In this document: in pieces, positions 31,742-44,337 of the stretch
Layout of the letters: each line of letters opens with the position of its first letter
Position numbering within the stretch: position 1 is the first letter of the stretch
DNA from: the human T2T-CHM13v2.0 reference genome, Homo sapiens
DNA: 64,000 nucleotides
Strand: one strand, 5' to 3'
Assembly (NCBI RefSeq): GCF_009914755.1
Contig: NC_060928.1
Program-made: the position numbers and the translations under genes
Notes under the pieces: generated by a model
Database searches by the model: none
What the model saw: only the letters and a program-made list of their open reading frames with translations
Told to the model about the DNA's origin: nothing

Positions 31742-32105
31742 TGCATTAGTCCACTTTCATACTACTATGAGGAAATACCCAAGACTGGGGAATTTATAAA
31801 GAAAAAGAGGTTTAATGGACTCACAGTTTCACATGGCTGGGGAGTCCTCACAATCATGGTGGAAAGCAAAGGAAGAGCAAAGGCATGTCTTACATGGCAT
31901 CAGGCAAGACAGCAAATGCAGGGGAGCTGCCGTTTATAAAACAATCAGATCTCATGAGACTTATTCACTATCACAAGAACAGCACAGATGAAACCCACAC
32001 CCATGATTCAATTACCTCCCACCTGGCCTATCCCATGACACATGGGGATTATGGGAACTACAATACAAGATGAGATTTGCATGGGGACACAGCCAAACCA
32101 CACCA
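31742..32105 (-). mobile_element. THE1 (MaLR) solo LTR
   Basis: THE1 motifs agatctcatgagacttattcactatca and ggggacacagccaaacc; 5-bp TSD gatat at 31737-31741 and 32106-32110. Confidence 0.9.
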
Positions 32106-33207
32106 GATATGAATGAGAAATTCACCAGAGATAGTTATAATAAAAAAATTCATATGGAAATTCTGGAAATGAAGAGATCACTGAATGAAATAAAAAATAC
32201 ACTTAAAACCTTCAAAAAGGAACTATATGAAGCAAAAGAAAGAACTTTAGAATTTGAAGAAAGGTCTTTTGAAATAACCCAGTCAGACAAAAGTAGATAA
32301 AAAAAGAGAAGGAATAAATCCACATGACTTATGTAACACCGTAAAGCAACCAGGTATTCAAATTATTTTGTGTCCCTGAAGGCAAAAGGAAAAAAAAGGT
32401 ATAGAAAAACCATTTGAAAAAATAATAGCTGGAACATTCCAAGTTTAGCAACATATTTAGACATCCAGAAATAGGAAGCTAAAATATCTCAAATACACAC
32501 AATTAAAACATTTTATCTCCACAGCACATCATAGTCAAACTGTCAAAAAAAAGTCAAAGACAAAGAGAAAATTGTAAGGCAGCAAGAAAAAGACACCTAG
32601 TCATATATAAAGGGACCTCCCCACCCCCACCCCACAATCAGACTAACAGCAGATTTCTCAGCCAAAAAAAAAAAAAAAAAGTAATAAAAAGAGAAAATGG
32701 GATTTTATATTTAAAGTCCTGAAAGGGATAATATATTCAAAGTGTAGAAAGAAAAAAAAAAAGCAGCTGACCAAGGATACTATCTGCAGCAAAGTTATTC
32801 TTTACTAAAAGGACAAATAGTCCTTCCTATGCAAGCAAAAGATGAGGAAATTCATTGCTACTAGACCAGACCTACAAGAAATGCATAAGAGAGTCCTACA
32901 GCTGGAAGCAAAAGGACTACATCCATTATCCTGAATAGACATGAATGTATAAAACTCAATGGTAAAGCAAACACAGAGATTAAAAAAAGAAAGAACTTAA
33001 ATGTTACTACCACAGAAAACCACCAAATCACAATGATAAACAAGAAAAGAGAAAGAAAGGAACCAAGGATATACAAAACAAGCAGAAATCAATTAGTAGA
33101 ATGACAAGGATAAGCTTTCACATATCAATAACAACCTTTAACGTAAACAGATTAAGCTTTCCACTTAAAAGATATAGACTATCTGAATGGATAAAAAATA
33201 TGGTCCA

Positions 33208-33513
33208 GGCCAGGCACAGTGGCTCATGCTTGTAATCCCAGTACTTTGGGAGGCTGAGGCAGGTGGATCGTGAGGTCAGGAGATCGAGACCATCCTGGCT
33301 AACATGGTGAGACCCTATCTCTACTAAAAATACAAAAAATTATCCAGGCATGGTGGTACACACCTGTAGTCCCAGCTACTCAGGAGGCAGGTGAATCACT
33401 TGAATCCAGGATTCAGAGGTTGCAATGAGCCAAGATCGTGCCACTGCACTCCAGCCTGGGTGACAGCCCGAGACTGTCTCAAACAAAACAAAACAAAACA
33501 AAACAAAAAAAAA
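33208..33513 (+). mobile_element. AluSc-like SINE with (AAAAC)n tail
   Basis: Alu dimer with a small right-arm deletion. Confidence 0.88.
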
Positions 33514-35850
33514 CCGATTACATGCTGCCTACAGGAAACTCATCTCACCTGTAAAGATATTTTCTAATGACAATGCATATTTATTTATTTTGTAACTTTT
33601 TGCGGTTAATTTTTGTGAGTACATAGTAAGGGTATATATTTATGTGGTACATGAGATGTTTTGATATAGGCATGCAATATATGATAATCATATCATAAAG
33701 AATGGGATATCAATCTCCTCAAACATTTATCCTTTGTGTTACAAACAGTCCGATTATATTATTTTAGTTATTTTAAAATGTACAATTAAATTTTTATTGA
33801 CTATAGTCACCCTCTTGTGCTATCAAATAGTAGGTCTTATTCATTATTTCTAACTAATTTTTTGTACCCATTAATCTCCCTCCTACCCCTACCCCTCCAT
33901 CCACTATCCTTCCCAGAATCTGGTAACCATCCCATGCCCTATGTCCATGAGTTCAATTGTTTTCATTTTTAGATGCCACAAATAAGTGAGAACATGAAAT
34001 GTTTGTCTTTCTGTGCCTGGCTTATTTCACATAACATAGTGAACTTCAGTTCCATCCATGTTGCAAATGACAGGATCTCTTTCTTTTTTATGGCTGATTC
34101 ATATTCCATTGTGTATATTTACCACATGTTCTTTATCCATTCATCTGTTGATGAACACTTAGCTTGCTTCCAAATTTTGGCTATTGTGAACAATGCTGCA
34201 ACAAACAGGGGAGTGCAGATATTTCTCCAATATACCAGTTTTTTTTTGACTTGTAGATATATACCCAGCAGTGGAATTACCGGGTCTTATGGCAGCTCCA
34301 TTTTTAGTTTTTGGAGGAACCACCAAAGTGTTCTCAATAGTGGTTGTACTAATGTACATTTCCACCAACAGTGGACAAGGGTTCCCTTTGCTCCACATCC
34401 TCACCAGCATTTGTTATTGGCTTTCTTTTGAAGACAAGCCACTTTAACAGGGGTGATATATTTAATTGTAGTTTTGATTTGCATTTTGCTGATGATCAAT
34501 GATGTTGAGAACATTTTCATATGCCTGTTTCCCATTTGCATGTTTTTTTAGAGAAATGTCTAATTCTGACATTCTCTGACTGTCTCTCTTTTGCCCATTT
34601 TTTTAATTGGATTATTAGATTTTTTCCTGTAGTTGTTTGAGCTCCTTATGTATTCTGGTTATTAATTCCTTGTCAGATGGGTAGTTTGCAAATATTTTTT
34701 CCATTCTTTGGGTTGTCTCTTCACTTTGTTGATTACATCCTGTGCTGTGCAGAAGCTTTTTAACTTGATGCAATCCCGTTTGTCCATTTTTGTTTTGGTT
34801 GCCTGTGTTTTGGGGGTATTGCTCAAGAAATTATTGTCAAGACCAATGTCCAGGAGAGTTTCCCCAATGTTTTCTTGTAGTAGTTTCATAGTTTGAGGTC
34901 TTTGATTTAAGTCTTTAATCCATTTTTATTTGATTTTTGTACATAGTGAGAGATAGGAGTTTCGTTTCCTTCTTCTGCATATGGATATCCAGTTTTCCAA
35001 GCACCATTTATTGAAGAGACTTTTTCACAGTGTATGTTCTTGACACTTTCGTCGAAAATGAGTTCACTCAATGTACACATTTGAGTAAATGTAGGTGTGT
35101 AGATTTGTTCCTGGGTTCTCTATTCTGTTTCACTGGTCTACGTTTCTGTTTTTATGCCAGTACCATAATATTTTGGTTACTATAGCTCTGTAGTATAATT
35201 TGAAGTCAGAAATTGTGATTCCTCAAGTTTTGTTATTTTTGCTTAAGATAGCTTTGGGTCTTTTGAGGCTTCATGTAAATTTCAGGATTCTTTATTCTAT
35301 TTTTGTGAAGAATGTAGTTGGTATTTTGATAGGGATTATATTTAATCTGTAGATTGCTCTGGGCAGTATGAACATTTTAATAATATTTATTCTTCCAATT
35401 TGTGAACATGGAATATCTTTCCATTTTTTTGAGTCCTTTTCAATTTCTTTCATCAGTGTTTAGAGTTTTCATTACAGAGACTTTGACTTCTTTGGTTAAT
35501 TCCAAGATATTGAATTTTATTTGTGGCTATTGTAAATGGGACTACCTTTTTATTTCTTTTTCAGATTGTTTACTGTTGGCATACAGAAATGTTACGAATT
35601 TTTTTGTGTTGATTTTGTGTCCTGAAACTTTATTGTATTTGTTTATCAGTTCTAATAGTTTTTTTTTGTGTGTGGAGTCTTTAGTTTTTTATAACATATG
35701 GAGTCTTTAGTTTTTTATAAAATATAAGATGATAACATCTGCAAACAAAGATAATTTGATTTCTTCCTATCCAATTTGGATACTCTTGATTTCCTTCTTT
35801 TGTCTGATTGCTCTAGCTAAGACTTCTAGTAACATGTTGAATAAAAGTGG

Positions 35851-38119
35851 TGATATGGTTTGGCTGTGTCCCCACTCAAATCTCATCTTGAATTGTAGTT
35901 CCCATAATTTTCATGTGTTGTGAGAGAGACCAGGTGGGAGATAATTGACTCATGGAGGTGGGTCTTTCCTGTGCTATTCTCATGACAGTGAATAAGTCTT
36001 ATGAGCTCTGATGGTTCTATAAAGGGGAGTTTCCCTGCATAAATTCTCTTTTCTTGTCTGCTGCCATGTGAGATGTGCTGCCTTTCACTTTCTGCCATGA
36101 TTGTGAGGCCTCCCCAGACACGTGGAACTGTGAGTCCATTAAACTTTTTTCTTTTGTAAATTGCCCAGTCTCGGGTATGTCTTTATCAGCAGCATTGACT
36201 AATACAGTAAATCGATACTGGTAGAGTGGGGTGCTGCTTAAAAGATACCCAAAATGTGGAAGCAACTTGGGAACTGTGTAATAGGCAGATGTAGGAACAG
36301 TTTGGAGGGCTCAGAAAAAGATAGGAAAATGCAGAAAAGTTTGGAACTCCCTAGAGACTTGTTGAATGGCTTTGACCAAAATACTGATAATGATATGGAC
36401 AATAAAATTCAAGCTGAGTTAGTCTCAGGAACTTGTTGGGAACTGGAGCAAAGGTGACTCTTGTTATGTTTTAGCAAAGAGACTGGTGGCATTTTGCCCC
36501 TGCACTAGAGATTTGTGGAATGTTGAACTTGAGAGAAATGATTTAGGATATCTGGCAGAAGAAATTTCAAAGCAGCAAAGCATTGAAGATATGACTTGGG
36601 TGCTGTTAAAGGCATTTTAAAATGGAAACAGAGAATAAAAGTTCAGAACATTTGTAGCCTGACAATGTGATAGAAAAGAAAATCCCATTTTTTTGAGGAG
36701 AAATTCAATCCTGCTAATAAATTTGCATAAGTAACAAGGAACCAATGTTAATCCCCAAGACAATGGCGAAAATGTCTCCAGGGCATGTCAGAGACCTTTG
36801 CGGCAGCTCCTCCCATCACAGGCCTGGAGACCTAGGAGGAAAAAATTGTTTTGTTGGCTGCGCCCAGGGTTCCTCTGCTATGTGCAGTCTAGGGACTTGG
36901 TGCCCTGCTTCCTAGCCACTCCAGCTGTGACTAAAAGGGGCTAAGGTACAGCTCAGGCTATGACTTCAGAGGGTGCAAGCCTCAAGCCTTGGCAGTTTCT
37001 ATGTGATATTCAGCCTGTGAGTGCAAAGAAGTCAAGAATTGAGGTTTGGGAACCTCCACCTAGATTTCAGAGGATGTATGGAAATGCCTGTGTGTCCAGG
37101 GGGAAGTTTGCTGCAGAGGTGGGGCACTCATGGAGAACATCTGCTAGGGCAGTGCAGAAGGGAAATGTGGGGTGGGTGCCCCCACACATAGTCCCACTGA
37201 GGCACTGCCTAGTGAAATTGTGAGAAGAGGGCCACCATCCTCCAGACCCCAGAATGATAGATCCACTGACAGCTTGCATCGTGTGCCTGGGAAAGCTGCA
37301 GACACTCAACTCCAGCCCATGAAAGCAGCCAGGAAGGCTGTACCCTGCAAAGCCACAGGGACAGAGCTGCCCAAGACCATGGGAACCCACCACTTGCACC
37401 AGTGTGATCTGCATGTGAGACATGGAGTCAAAGGAGACCATGTTGTAGCTTTAAGATTTGACTGCCCTCTGAAATCTGGACTTGCATGGGGCTTGTAGCC
37501 CCTTTGTTTTGACCAATTTATCCCATTTGGAGTGGCTGTATTTACCCAAGCCTCTACCCCCATTGTATCTAGGAAGTAACTAACTTGCTTTTGATTTTAC
37601 GAGCTCACTGTCTGAAGGGACTTACCTTGTCTTGGATAAGACTTCGGACTGTGGACTTTTGAGTTAATGCAGAAATGAGTTAAAACTCTGGGGGACTGTT
37701 GGAAAGGCATGATTGGTTCTAAAATGTGAGGACATGAGATTTTGGAGGGGCCAGGGGCAGAATGATATGGTTTGGCTGTGTCTCTACCTAAATCTCATCT
37801 TGAATTGTAGCCCCCCTAATTCCCATGTGTTGTGGGAGGGACCCAGTGGGAGATAATTGAGTCACAGGGGTGGGTCTTTCCCATGCTATTCTCATGATAG
37901 TGAATAAGTCTCATAAGATCTGATGGTTTTATAAAGGGGAGTTTCCCTGCACAAGTTCTCTTCTCTTGTCTGCCACCATGTGAGATGTGCATTTCACCTT
38001 CCACCATGATTGTGAGGCCTCCCTAGCCATGTGGAACTGTGAGTCCATTAACTCTTTCTTTTGTAAATTGCTCAGTCTCAGGTATGTCTTCATCAGCAGC
38101 ATGAAAATGGTCTAAAACA
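35851..38119 (+). mobile_element. Full-length THE1B-like MaLR element (LTR 35851-36206, internal 36207-37762, LTR 37763-38119)
   Basis: Two LTRs beginning tgatatggtttggctgtgtc, THE1-int sequence between them, purine-rich tract before the 3' LTR, exact 5-bp TSD agtgg (35846-35850, 38120-38124). Confidence 0.92.
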
Positions 38120-39149
38120 AGTGGTAAAAGTGGGCATCCTTGCCATGTTCCCAATCTTAGAAAAAAGGCTTTCAGTTTGTCATCAATCAGTATGATACTA
38201 GCTGTTGGTTTGTCATATATAGTTTTTGTTATGTTGAGGTATGTTCCTTCTGTACCCAGTTTTTTGTGGGTTTTCATCATAAAGAGATGTTGAACTTTAT
38301 CAAATGCTTTTACATCATCAATAGAAATGATCATATGGTTTTTATCCTTTATTCTGTTGATATAATGTATCACATGGATTGATTTTTGTATGTTGAACCA
38401 TCCTTGCATCCCAGGGATAAATCCCACTTGGTGATAATAATGATCTTTTTAATGTACTGTTGAATTTGATTTGCTAGCATTTTGCTGAGGATTTTGGCAA
38501 AAATATTTATGAGAGATATCGCCCTGTAGTTTTATTTTTTTGATGTGTCTTTGTCTGGTTTTGATATCGGGGTAATATTGGCATTATAGAAGGAGTTTGG
38601 AAATATTCCCACCTCCTCTATTTTTTGGAATAGTTTGAGTAGGATTGGTATTCGTCCTTCTTTAAATCATTGGTAGAATTCAGAAGTGAAGTCATCATGT
38701 CCCAAGCTTTTCTTTACTGGAGACTTTATTATGGCTTTGGTCTTATTACTTCTTATTGGTCTGTTCAGGTTTTGGATTTCTTTATGGTTTAATCTTGATA
38801 GGTTGAACCGTGTGTCTAGGAATTTGTCTATTTCTTCTAGATTTCCCAATTTATTGACATGTAGTTGCTCATAGTAGCCACTAATGATTCTTTAAATTTC
38901 TGTGGTATCAGTTGTAATGTGTCTTTTTTCATCTCTGATGTTATTAATTTGGATCTTCTCCCTTTTTATTTTCTTATGCTGGCTAAAGTTTTGCCAATTT
39001 TGTTTAACTTTTCAGAAAACTTTTTGTTTCACTGATTTTTTGTTTTGTTTCCTTCCTTTCAATTTTATATATTTTTGCTCTGATCTTTGTTATTTCTTTG
39101 CTTTTACTAATTTTGTGTTTGGTTTGCTCTTGCTTTTCTAGTTCTTTAA

Positions 39150-39519
<370 letters not shown>

Positions 39520-40821
39520 TCTCCTTTTCTTATCTAGGCACTTATAGCTATAAAGTTCCCCCTTGGTACTGCTTTTTCTGTATTCCATAGGTTTTGGTAT
39601 GCTGTTTCCCTTATCATTTGTTTCAAGAAATTTTTTTCATTTCCTTCTTAATTTCTTCACTGACCCACTGATGATTCAGGACCAGATTGTTTAATTTTCA
39701 TGTATTTGTATAGTTCCCCAAATTCCTCTTATTAATTTCTAGTTTTATTCTATTGTGCTCAGAGAAGATGCTTGATATTATTTCAAGTGTTTTTTGAATG
39801 TTTTAAGACTTGTTTTGTGATCCAATATATGATCTATTCTTGCGAATAATACATGTGCTGAGGAAAAGAATGAGTCTTCTGCAGCTTTGGAATGAAATGT
39901 TCTATAAATGAGTGTTAGATCCATTTGGTCTACAGTGCAGATTAAGTCCACTGTTTCTTGTAGGCAACAGATTAATGGATCTTGCTTTTTTTATCCATTC
40001 AGCCAGTCTATATTTCTTAGAGAGTTTAGTCCATTTACATTCAATGTTATTATTGATAAGCAAGGACTTACTCCTACCATTTTGTTATTTGTTTTCTGCT
40101 TGTTTTGTGGTCTTCTCTTCCTTTTTTCCTTCCTGTCTTATTTTTTTGTGAAGGTAATTTTCTCTGATAATATGCACTTTCCCTCTCCTAGTGCTCTGAA
40201 ATGCTTTCCATACCATGCCACTGCTGCTAGGAAGTGGGGATGGGGTGCTAGCTATTTCAACACTCTTGTTTTTTTTGTTTTTTTTTTTTTAACTTCTTTG
40301 GTTACTCTTTCAGTGATAATGAAGTTTAAACCAGGTACTGTGAGCGCTCACCTGGTTTTTGGTTCTTATGAAGAACCAAACTTTTTTGTAGATAGTTGTT
40401 AAATTTTTGTCCTTGTGAGAGGGACAATTGGTGACTTCTATTCTGACATCTTGTTTTGCCTCTCCAAAGACATACTGACTGAAAGCAAAGAGATTACTAA
40501 AAAGATAATCCACACAAACAGAAACCAAGAGTGAGCAGAATTAACTCTACTTATATCAGATAAAACAAATTTTAAGTCCAAGAAAATTTAGAAAGACAAA
40601 AGGATTATTATATAATGGTAAAGGTATCAATTCAGCAGGAGGATATAACAATTCTAAACATATATACTACCAACACTGTATGACTCAGACATATAAAACA
40701 AATATTATTAGATCTTAAGGAGGAGGTAGACTCAAATACCATAATATAATACTTCAAGACTTCAACATGCCACTCTCAGAATTAGACAGATCACCTAGAC
40801 AGAAAATTAACATAGAAGCGT

Positions 40822-40930
40822 TGGCCCCAGCATCATGCAGGATACCCAGGTAAAAAACCTGTGCATTTACCCATGTACCCCCGAATCTAAAATGAAAGAT
40901 GAAATATAACAACAAATAAATAAGAAACTA
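40822..40930 (+). mobile_element. Very short 3'-end fragment of an L1PA16/L1PB-type element
   Basis: cagcatcatgcaggatacccaggtaaaaaacctgtgc...cccccgaatctaaaatgaaag plus an A-rich tail, interrupting host ORF2. Confidence 0.6.
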
Positions 40931-41679
40931 AAAAATAGACTGCATTTTAGACAAAATCAATCTAACAGACATTTAGATATAATTTCTTCCAACAGCTACA
41001 GAATATATGTTCTTCTAATTGGCACATGAAAAATTTTCCTGGATAGACTGTATTTTAGGCCACAAAACAAGTCTTAACAAATTTTTAAAAGTCAAAATTA
41101 TATCAACTATCTTCTCAGACCACAATGAAATAAAACTAGAGCAAAGGTTCAACAAAGAGAAAAGATAACATCTATAATTCACTAGCTAGACTAACAAAGA
41201 AAAACAAAGTCAGAAACAAAAAGAGATATTACAACTGATATCACAGAAATACAAAAGATCATCAGCAACTATTATACACTAATGCACAGGAAAACCTAGA
41301 GGAAATGCAATAATTCCTGGACACGTACAACCTACCAAGTTTAAATCAGAAAAACATAGAAAACTTGAATAGACCAATAACTAGCAATGAGACTGAATCA
41401 GTAATAAAAAGTCTCTTATCTATGAAAAGTCCAAGAGTGAATGGCTTCACTGTCAAATTCGACCAAGTTTATAAAAAAGAACACTATTCTCAAACTATTC
41501 AAAAAAATTGAAGAGGAGGGAATTCTTGAACATTCTTATCAAACGATTCTAAAAAAATTGAAGAGAAGGGAATTATTTTAACTCATTCTGCAAGGCCAGC
41601 ATTATGCTTATACCAATGCCAAAAAGGAACGCAATGAAATAGAAAACTCAAGGCTAATATCGCTGATAAACATAGATGC

Positions 41680-41981
41680 GGCTGGGCGCAGTGCCTCACA
41701 CCTGTAATCTCAGCACTTTGGGAGGCCAAGGTGGGCGGATCACCTGAAGTCAAGAGTTCGAGACCAGCCCGACCAACATGGAGAAACCCCGTCTCTACTA
41801 AAAATGCAAAATTAGCCGGGTGTGGTGGTGCATGCCTGTAATCCCAGCTACTCGGGAGGCTGAGGCAGGAGAATCGCCTGAACCTGGGGGGGGCGGAGGT
41901 TGTGGTGAGCCAAGATTGCACCATTGCACTGCAGCCTGTGCAACAAGAGTGTAACTCCATCTCAAAAAAAAAAAAAAAAAA
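41680..41981 (+). mobile_element. AluSp-like SINE
   Basis: gaccaacatggagaaacccc; A tail; TSD approximately agatg. Confidence 0.9.
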
Positions 41982-42032
41982 GATGAAAAAATCTTCAACG
42001 AAATACTAGCAAACTGAATCCAACGATACATT

Positions 42033-42257
42033 TTTTTTTTTCCCTGAGGGAGAAGCAACCCCACATTTAGGATTGGATTTTTATTAATATGTAGTATCTA
42101 TGAGGTTTCCAAGTCCAGAAATCAATTCGCCAGTTCTGTACAGCATTCTGTAGGGAGATCAAATCTGGGATGTCTAAAATTAAGAATTCAGGCCTTGGTA
42201 ATGGATTAGATTAGATCTACTTGAGCTTATTTTGCAAAGAAAGAGAGGAAGGGAGAT

Positions 42258-42294
<37 letters not shown>

Positions 42295-43362
42295 CAGAGA
42301 GAGACAGACAGAGAGAGACAAAGATACACACAGAGAGAAAGACAGACAGAGAAAGAGAGAGAGAGACAGAGAAAGACAGAGATGGACAGAGAGAGACAGA
42401 GAGAAACAGACAAAAAGAGAGAGAGACAGAGAGAGAGAGAAAAACAGACAGAGACAGAGAGACAGACAGAGAGAGAGACAGACAGACAGGCAGAGAAAGA
42501 GAGTAAGACAGAAGACAGATACAGAGAGAGAGAGAGAGAGACAGGTAGAGAGAGAGAGAGACAGAGAAAGAAAGAGAGAGACAGAGAAAGAAAGAGACAG
42601 ACAGAGAAAGAGACAAAGACAGAGATGGACAGAGAAAGACAGAGAAAAACAGAAAGAGAGAGAGAGAGACAGAAACAGACAGACAGGGACAGAGAGAGAG
42701 ACAGAGACAGAGACAGACAGAGAGACAGAGAAAGAAAGAGACAGAGAAAGAGACGGAGAAAGACAGAGATGGACAGAGAGAGACAGAGAGAAACAGAGAG
42801 AGAGACAGAGACAGAGAGAGAGAGAGACAGACAGGGACAGAGAGAGAGAGAGAGAGAAAAAACCAGACAGACAGAGACAGAGAGACAGACAGAGAGAGAG
42901 AGAGATACAGACGGGCAGAGAAAGAGTAAGACAGAAGACAGACACAGACACAGAAACAGAGAGAGACAGAGAGAGAGAAACAGACAGGCAGAGAGAGAGA
43001 GAGAGAAAAACAGACAGACAGGAAGAGAGAGAGACAGACAGAGAGAGAGGGACAAACAGACAGAAAGAGAGAGAGACAGACAGGAAGAGAAAGAGACTAA
43101 GACAGAAGACAGACACAGAGAGAGAGACAGGCAGAGAGAGAGAGACAGAGGCAGAGAGAGAGAGACAGAGAGACAGAGAGAAAGAAAGAGAGAGACAGAC
43201 AGAGAGACAGAGAAAGACAGAGACAGAGAAACAGAGAGAAACAGACAGAAAGAGAGACAGAGAGAGGGAGAGAAACATACAGACAGGGTCAGAGAGACAG
43301 AGAGAGAGACAGAAGACAGAAAGTCAGGCAGAGGAAGAGAGTAAGACAGAAGACAGACACAC

Positions 43363-43393
<31 letters not shown>

Positions 43394-43427
43394 CAGACAG
43401 AGAGACAGAGAGAAAGAAAGAGAGAGA
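42033..43427 (-). pseudogene. Processed (retrotransposed) copy of a pyrimidine-rich rDNA intergenic-spacer RNA
   Basis: TSD caacgatacatt (42021-42032) / caacaatacatt (43428-43439), T11 run 42031-42041, AATAAA on the minus strand at 42085-42080, ~200 bp of complex sequence with an EcoRI site (42184-42189), then ~1.2 kb of GA/GACA repeats. IGS identity is from recalled sequence, not from a search. Confidence 0.75.
42240..43427. repeat. Structured (GA)n/(GACA)n purine-rich tract
   Basis: Almost no T on the plus strand over ~1.2 kb, with recurring punctuation motifs. Confidence 0.95.
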
Positions 43428-43900
43428 CAACAATACATTAAAAAGATAATACAGCATGATCAAGTGGAATTTATCCAAAGGATATAAGGATGGTTCAACA
43501 TATGCAAATCAATAAACATGATACATATGATTAACAGAATGAAGAAAAAATGATCATTTCAATAGATGTGGAGAAATTATTTGATAAAATTTAACATCCC
43601 TTCATTATAAACACTCTTCAACAACCTAGGCATAGAAGGAACATACCTCAACATAACAAACACCATATATGGCAAAGTCATGGTTAATATCACATTGAAT
43701 GCAAAAAGTTGAAACTCAAATAATTCAACAGTAAAAAAATAACCTTATTCTAAAGTGCAAAAAAGAGATGAATAGACATTTTTGAAAAGAAGACATACAA
43801 ATGGCCAACAAGTATTTGAAAAAATGCTCAACATCACTAATCATTAGGGAAATGAAAATTAAAATCACAATGAGATATTATCTTACCCCAGTTAGAATGG

Positions 43901-44337
43901 TGTCTTTGTCCATTTTGCATTGCTATAAAGGAATACCTAAGGCTGGGTAATTTATAAGGAAAAGAGGTTTATTTGGTTCAAAGTTCTGCAGGGTGTAGAA
44001 GAATCATGGCACTGGCATCTGCTTCTGATACAGACCTCAGAAAGCTTCTAATCATGGCAGAAGGTGAAGGGGGAGCAGGCATGTCAAATGGTGAGAGAGA
44101 GAGCAAGATAGCAAGAGGAGAAGTGGCACACTTTTTAAAATAACCAGCTCTTGTGTGAACCAATATAGCAAGAACTATATTAGCATTATACAACTCATTA
44201 CCTTGGGGTTGATCACCAAGCCATGCATGAGGGATCTGCCCCCATGACCTAAAAACCTCCCACTAAGCACCACTTCCAATACTGGTGATCAAATTTTAAC
44301 ATGAGATTTGGGGGGGACAAATATCCAAACTATATCA
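43901..44337 (-). mobile_element. MSTB-like MaLR solo LTR
   Basis: tgctataaaggaatacctaaggctgggtaatttata...catgagggatctgcccccatga...atccaaactatatca; TSD aatgg/gatgg. Confidence 0.85.

Noticed and set aside
33973-38896. ORFs resembling L1 ORF2 or THE1 internal proteins
   Set aside because: Short fragments of decayed retroelements broken by stops, frameshifts and insertions; not functional genes.
42180-43478. Long ORFs of 432, 353, 370 and 129 aa (SL/CV-rich or RE/TD-rich)
   Set aside because: These are artefacts of a stop-poor GA/TC repeat that is open in several frames on both strands; no domain or codon signal.
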